Shown here piece by piece: positions 31,599 to 36,111 of a DNA stretch of 36,111 bases. Under the pieces are notes generated by a model. It did not search any database. It saw only the letters and a list, made by a program, of their open reading frames with translations, and was not told the DNA's origin. Both the position numbers and the translations under genes were made by a program. The stretch is from Acidobacteriota bacterium (GTDB lineage: Bacteria; Acidobacteriota; Terriglobia; Versatilivoradales; Versatilivoraceae): contig JAPPFQ010000149.1 of the NCBI GenBank assembly GCA_028875135.1, forward strand, positions 1 through 36,111, given 5' to 3'. The number at the start of each line of letters is the position of its first letter. Position 1 is the stretch's first letter.

Positions 31599-32492
31599 CT
31601 ATTTCTCCTGGACTTGGACCTGCTCCAGCTTCTTCTTTGCTTGGGCAAGGGCGGGCCGTATATTGTTTTCTTGGATCTCTATGCTTCTCCGCACTAAATT
31701 GAGCCCACCGAGATCCGTGGCTCGCTGCAGTTTCGGCCGTAGCGGCAGTATATTTTGCCGGCGGGCGAGGCGGGCCATGGTAACCCGATCCCCGGCCCAT
31801 CGCTTCTCCCAGTAGTCGGTTTGCGCTGCCTGCACCTCTGTCAGGACCTCGATCAACTCCTCATGCATCCTGTCCAACTTTTCGATTCGCGCCGAGTAGG
31901 TCTTGCGTAATTCCTCCAGATCGGGCGGCGGCGGGGCTGGCTTGGCAGCAACCTTTTTCGGCGTAGAGACAGGAAGTCCTCTTGGTTTTGAAGCCAATCT
32001 ATTCCGAGACTTCGAAGTTGATCGTGTCTTTCTTCTCGCCGCCGCCCGCTGGTGCGCTTCCTTGGCCTGCTGGACTGTTTTCTTGGCCCGCTCCGGCAAG
32101 TCTTCGGCGGAGGTGTAGAATCTTTCGGCGATAGAGCGCACACCCCTTATACTCTGCGCCAAACGAGGCAGCTCCAGATCTGTGTACTCCTTGACATCCG
32201 TGCGTAAGGCCGCAATCTCATTCGACAGCTTCTTTTTCTTTTCCTCGTAGTCACTACGGGTAATCACGCCAGTCGAGAAAAAACCCTTGAGCTCGACTTC
32301 TGACCCTTCATAGATTTCCATGGCGGTCTTAGTCGCAGCGAGATGCTTCTCATAGACTTCTTCAACCTCGTCGAGGATCCCCAAGAGGGCTTCCCGGGTC
32401 TCGTCGGACTGTCTCTGCTCGGCACTCCGGCAGCCCAGCGACAACAGCACGACGGAGGCCAGCACGATTCCTGTGGTGAGTCGAGGGGTCAT
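31599..32492 (-). CDS. Coiled-coil probable lipoprotein (copy 2)
   Basis: Identical to 6005..6898. Confidence 0.6.
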   Translation of the reverse strand: MTPRLTTGIVLASVVLLSLGCRSAEQRQSDETREALLGILDEVEEVYEKHLAATKTAMEIYEGSEVELKGFFSTGVITRSDYEEKKKKLSNEIAALRTDVKEYTDLELPRLAQSIRGVRSIAERFYTSAEDLPERAKKTVQQAKEAHQRAAARRKTRSTSKSRNRLASKPRGLPVSTPKKVAAKPAPPPPDLEELRKTYSARIEKLDRMHEELIEVLTEVQAAQTDYWEKRWAGDRVTMARLARRQNILPLRPKLQRATDLGGLNLVRRSIEIQENNIRPALAQAKKKLEQVQVQEK

Positions 32493-33130
32493 TTCTTCTC
32501 TCCTTTGCCTTTGCCGATTGTGAACCGAGGCTTGTTTGGTCCTGTGCCGAAATTCTCTGCCTTTCCCAAGGGAAACCACCTGTAGAGCGTGTTCGTGCTG
32601 ACCCCAAAATGTCGGGCGATGCTGGCCCGACTCATCTCTGGGTTATTTAGCAGCGTCATGGCTGTTTCGACAACCTGCCGGTCATGGAAGATGCTGGGTC
32701 GGCCCCAAGCCATGTCTTGCTCTTTCCGCTGAGAGGCGGCAAGCAAGGTACGCTCCGATATAAGTGAGCGTTCGAATTCCGCCAACGCTGCGATGATCGC
32801 AAAGAACAGTTTTCCCATGGCTGTGCGAGTGTCGATCTGCTCGGTCAGGGACTGCAACTGAATTTTGCGCTCCTTGAGTGAACCGAGGATAGTGAGCAGG
32901 TGCTGGAGCGAGCGTCCCAGCCTGTCGAAGCGCCAGACTACCAGCGTGTCGCCGGTCGTCAATGTCGCCAGTGCTCGGTTCAGAGCGGGCCTCGCATGAC
33001 GCGCCCCGGTCACATGATCAACGAAGATCTCGGCACATCCGGACGATTTCAGGACTTGAATCTGATGATCCGGATTCTGCTCCAATTTCGATACACGGGC
33101 ATAACCGATACGCTGGGCTTTGTCCCTTAT
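32489..33130 (-). CDS. Small serine recombinase (copy 2)
   Basis: Identical to 6895..7536, including the non-canonical start context. Confidence 0.8.
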   Translation of the reverse strand: MRDKAQRIGYARVSKLEQNPDHQIQVLKSSGCAEIFVDHVTGARHARPALNRALATLTTGDTLVVWRFDRLGRSLQHLLTILGSLKERKIQLQSLTEQIDTRTAMGKLFFAIIAALAEFERSLISERTLLAASQRKEQDMAWGRPSIFHDRQVVETAMTLLNNPEMSRASIARHFGVSTNTLYRWFPLGKAENFGTGPNKPRFTIGKGKGEKK

Positions 33131-33234
33131 TTTGACCTCCTGATACAGCTCTAATTAGCTCTTGACGATTGGTTATGTATTTTCGTTACCTTCCGAGAGC
33201 CTGGACAAGGTGGTTTTATCACACAAAAAGCAGT

Positions 33235-33260
33235 GTGTCGAAATCGTTCGATTTGGTGAC
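33235..33260 (+). promoter_or_regulatory. hix-like site, left (copy 2)
   Basis: Identical to 7641..7666. Confidence 0.55.
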
Positions 33261-33606
33261 GGAATCCGAACTGTAACACCGATATTTATTACCCAACAAG
33301 CAAAATGCGAAAAAAAACAATGCGGGAGGAGTAAGGCGATTGCGTCCCGGATGTCCCTACCAGAGGGAGTTCCGCCTGGCCTGGGCTCACCTGTCTCCTG
33401 AGGGTCCTCGGAGAGGCTCAGAAGCCCCCCCTTTCACCCCTCTTTTGCGAACTCTGGTGAAAAATGCGGGCTAGGAGTCCCCGGCCTAGAGCTGCTGTCC
33501 CCAGAGGCCGCCGCTCGGTTTCCTAGCTGCAACCTCCCTCTCCGAGCAGGTCTATCAGTATTCCCTTCAGGTATTTAGCAGATATTTTCGTTCCCTCCCA
33601 ATCGAC

Positions 33607-33632
33607 GTCACCAAATCGAACGATTTCGTATC
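33607..33632 (-). promoter_or_regulatory. hix-like site, right (copy 2)
   Basis: Identical to 8013..8038. The bracketed segment has the same orientation as in copy 1. Confidence 0.55.
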
Positions 33633-33662
33633 TGATCCCCACTATTGGCAGGAGGGCAGAGG

Positions 33663-33965
33663 ATGAAGAACACCAACTCTATCACCTGGAAGCATCTTGT
33701 CCTGCTGGCGGTCTTTCTGGCGCTTTCAGCCGGAGAACTCCTGGCCCAGGGAACACCGCCGGCCAGTCCCTGGGAAAACGCCATCCAGGTACTGGAGACG
33801 GCCTTTACCGGCCCTATCGCTCGCGGTTTATCGCTGATTGCCATTGTTGTTGGCGGCTTGATGTTTGCCTTTGGAGAAGGCGGATCGAAGAAGGCGCTGG
33901 CCGGTATCGTCTTTGGCCTTGGCATGGCTATGGGTGCAGCGAACTTCCTGGGCTGGCTGTTCTAG
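33663..33965 (+). CDS. virB2: VirB2/TrbC-family pilin (copy 2)
   Basis: Identical to 8069..8371. Confidence 0.7.
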   Translation: MKNTNSITWKHLVLLAVFLALSAGELLAQGTPPASPWENAIQVLETAFTGPIARGLSLIAIVVGGLMFAFGEGGSKKALAGIVFGLGMAMGAANFLGWLF

Positions 33966-33972
33966 GTATTAC

Positions 33973-34269
33973 ATGCACGATCTGAAAATCTGGCGGGGGC
34001 ATGCGACGCTGAGTGCGCCCTTGAAAATGATGGGCGTCGAGCGGCGCTGGTTTCTTCTCTCCGTAACGGTCGCCCTGGCGCTATGGAACGCGGTCAACTC
34101 CCTCCTGCTCGGAGGCATGATCTTTGGCGTTCTCTACACCGCCGGACTGCTGGCTTGGCGGAAAGATCCGGCCATGCTGTCCATTCTCAAAGTCTCGGCG
34201 AGCTGCCGCGCCCGATACGATCCGGGCAAGTGGAGCCCCTCTCCTTTTGTTGTGGTGATCCGCGAATGA
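33973..34269 (+). CDS. virB3: VirB3-like protein (copy 2)
   Basis: Identical to 8379..8675. Confidence 0.65.
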   Translation: MHDLKIWRGHATLSAPLKMMGVERRWFLLSVTVALALWNAVNSLLLGGMIFGVLYTAGLLAWRKDPAMLSILKVSASCRARYDPGKWSPSPFVVVIRE

Positions 34270-36111
34270 ACCTTGCAGAAGAAGCCAAGGATTTCGAGGC
34301 GGCCGGGGCGCTGGCCGACGAGCTCCCCTATTGGGGCTGGCTCCCCGATGGCGAGTGCCTGCTTGGCCGCAACGGAAACCTCATAGCCATTGGCCAACTC
34401 TCTCCGACTCCTGTCGACGGCCGCGAGGCGGTTCACCTGGACCGCGTCATAGACCGCTGGCAACGCGCCCTGTCCAACCTTGACCACAAGATGCGGCTCT
34501 ATTTCTACTTTCTCCGTCGGCCGCCGGAGATCCCCCAGCCGGTCAGCAACGCCAGCGAGGTGGTCCGCCTGTCCCAGCAGCGCCGGGCCGAGTTCCTGGC
34601 CGGCCGCGTTTCAGACGTTTCCGTCTTCGTCGCCTGGTGCTATGACTCGGGCCTTCAAGCAGCCAGCTCCGAGGTAGACAGCGGAGTGATCCCCTGGATG
34701 CGTCAGTGGATCACCCAACGCAAGAAGCCCAATGAGGCTGTCTATCTCCGTCGAGCTGTCGAAGCAGCGGCTGAGCAGTTTCGCCAGGCGGTCGCCGCCA
34801 GCCGGGCACTGGTCTCCGACATTACCCCCATCGACCTGCTGGGCCCCAAACAGGGCTCACGCTTTCTCTCCGAGCTGGTGAACCGTCCCGGAACACCCTG
34901 GAGCGGCGCCACAGACGCGGGTCTCAACTGGCAACTCGCCGTGTCCGAGCTGGAGGCCGAGCGGCGCTTTCTCCGCCTCGACGGTGTTCCCGCCGTGGTC
35001 TATTCCATGCTGTCCCCGCCCGGAGAGGCCAGGGCCAACCTCCTGGCCGATCTTTTTCGTCTGGACGCTACTTCGACTGTAAGCCTGGAGTGGAAGCGAT
35101 GGGGGCTTGACGCCGCCCGGCGAAAGATCCGTAGCGCCCAAAAACACTACTTCTCAAAGCGCTATTCCATGGCCGCCCACATGCAGGACACCCAGGGAAC
35201 GGCCGCCGCTATGACCGACACCGCCGCCGAGGCCGCCTCCAGCCGGCTGGGCTCCGCGCTTGTCGAGCTGGAGGCCGATGGTGTCTCCTACGGTTCCATC
35301 ACCTGCACCGTTACCCTCCATGGCGACCATGAGCAGATCGACCACCTGGACGGCGAGGTCCGGAGGATCTTCAACACCTACGACGCCAAGGTGATCCGGG
35401 AAGGATACGGCCAGCTTCCGGCCTGGTTCTGCCGGCTGCCCGGGCAGCCGCCCAGCCGCAACGTCCGCAGCGTTTTTGCATCCGCTGGCCTCTGCGCCTG
35501 TCTGGCCCCCCTCTTTGGGGCCTCCACAGGCAGACCCACCAGCAAACACTTGGGCCGGCCCGCCCTTGCCGTCCTGGAAACCCGGAACAAGACCCCCTAC
35601 CACTATGACCTGTTCGCCGGCGACGTGGGCCACACCCTCATTCTCGGAGCGACCGGCGCGGGCAAGAGCTTCACTCTCAACTTCCTGTTGGTCTCAGCCC
35701 TTCAGTACGATCCCCGAGTTCTAATCCTCGATCTGGGCGGCTCCTACCGCTGGCTCACGTCCTTTCTGGGCGGTTCCTACCTGGAGCTTTCCCCTTCCGA
35801 GGAGGGAAGCGCCACTTTCAAGCTACGGCCGTTTTCCCTGCCGGCGACCGAGCGTACCTACCAATTCCTGGCCGGCTGGGTCGCGCGCCTGTTGAGGATC
35901 GGCGGCGGGGATCTCGCCGGAGCCGACACCACCGAGATTCACGACCGCATCGTGGATCTCTACAAACTCCCTCCGAACCACCGGACCCTGGGCGACTTGG
36001 TCCGCACCCTGCCTCAAAAGATGTGGCCCCCGCTGTCCCGGTGGCACGGCTCGGGGGCCTGGGGCGCGGTCTTTGACAACCCGGCCACCGGCGACGACCT
36101 GAAACTGGCCG
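34266..36111 (+). CDS. virB4: VirB4-family ATPase (copy 2, 3' end cut by the window)
   Basis: Identical to 8672..10517. The frame stays open to the window end. Confidence 0.9.
   Translation, partial: MNLAEEAKDFEAAGALADELPYWGWLPDGECLLGRNGNLIAIGQLSPTPVDGREAVHLDRVIDRWQRALSNLDHKMRLYFYFLRRPPEIPQPVSNASEVVRLSQQRRAEFLAGRVSDVSVFVAWCYDSGLQAASSEVDSGVIPWMRQWITQRKKPNEAVYLRRAVEAAAEQFRQAVAASRALVSDITPIDLLGPKQGSRFLSELVNRPGTPWSGATDAGLNWQLAVSELEAERRFLRLDGVPAVVYSMLSPPGEARANLLADLFRLDATSTVSLEWKRWGLDAARRKIRSAQKHYFSKRYSMAAHMQDTQGTAAAMTDTAAEAASSRLGSALVELEADGVSYGSITCTVTLHGDHEQIDHLDGEVRRIFNTYDAKVIREGYGQLPAWFCRLPGQPPSRNVRSVFASAGLCACLAPLFGASTGRPTSKHLGRPALAVLETRNKTPYHYDLFAGDVGHTLILGATGAGKSFTLNFLLVSALQYDPRVLILDLGGSYRWLTSFLGGSYLELSPSEEGSATFKLRPFSLPATERTYQFLAGWVARLLRIGGGDLAGADTTEIHDRIVDLYKLPPNHRTLGDLVRTLPQKMWPPLSRWHGSGAWGAVFDNPATGDDLKLA

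Larger units (their letters stand above)
28757..36111 (+). repeat. Copy 2 of the direct repeat of at least 7.35 kb (truncated by the window end)
   Basis: Same evidence as copy 1. Confidence 0.9.

Noticed and set aside
1-36111. The window as a simple wrap-around of one 25,594-bp circular replicon
   Set aside because: Only 3163-10517 matches 28757-36111. Bases 1-3035 do not match 25595-28627: the first 2.2 kb instead matches 23721-26059 at about 80%, and 2193-3041 has no counterpart in the second tail.
1-36111. CRISPR arrays, retron or DGR components, integrase or att sites
   Set aside because: There are no short regularly spaced repeats, no reverse transcriptase-like ORF and no tyrosine integrase. 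The only recombinase is the small serine recombinase.

Overview
GC-rich bacterial DNA carrying tandem, non-identical units of a conjugative, plasmid-like element. One complete unit of about 25.6 kb (approx. 3036-28627) is flanked by the tail of a related unit (1-3041) and the head of a further unit (28628-36111, cut by the window end). Bases 3163-10517 and 28757-36111 appear identical (period 25,594 bp). The unit tails (1-2171 vs 23721-26059) are only about 80% identical by eye and are followed by unrelated replication genes: RepA_C-like at 2193-3041 versus Prim-Pol/PriCT-like at 26381-27430. The complete unit encodes a small PC4-like ssDNA-binding candidate, a ParA + RHH partition pair, a small serine recombinase + coiled-coil lipoprotein operon, and a VirB/Trb-type T4SS (virB2-B3-B4-B9-B10 / B5-B6-B8 / virD4-virB11). 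It also encodes a RepB'-type primase, ArdC, two replication-relaxation-like wHTH proteins and an unusual number of small single-TM coiled-coil proteins, including three DUF1640-like paralogues. I saw no canonical relaxase, integrase, tRNA, rRNA or CRISPR array. Most interesting observations: (1) hix-like 26-bp sites in inverted orientation bracket a 370-bp AT-rich segment between the serine recombinase and the T4SS pilin operon, a candidate invertible switch for conjugation. (2) The heterogeneous tandem architecture combines 100%-identical heads with diverged tails and swapped replicons. (3) A strongly structured 0.5-kb non-coding region upstream of virD4 is a candidate oriT, with no classical relaxase present. 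(4) A hairpin-containing intergenic repeat family recurs at six loci per unit. (5) Conserved non-coding blocks with a compensatory stem change suggest an ncRNA or regulatory element. All functional calls rest on motif recognition by eye; no database searches were run.
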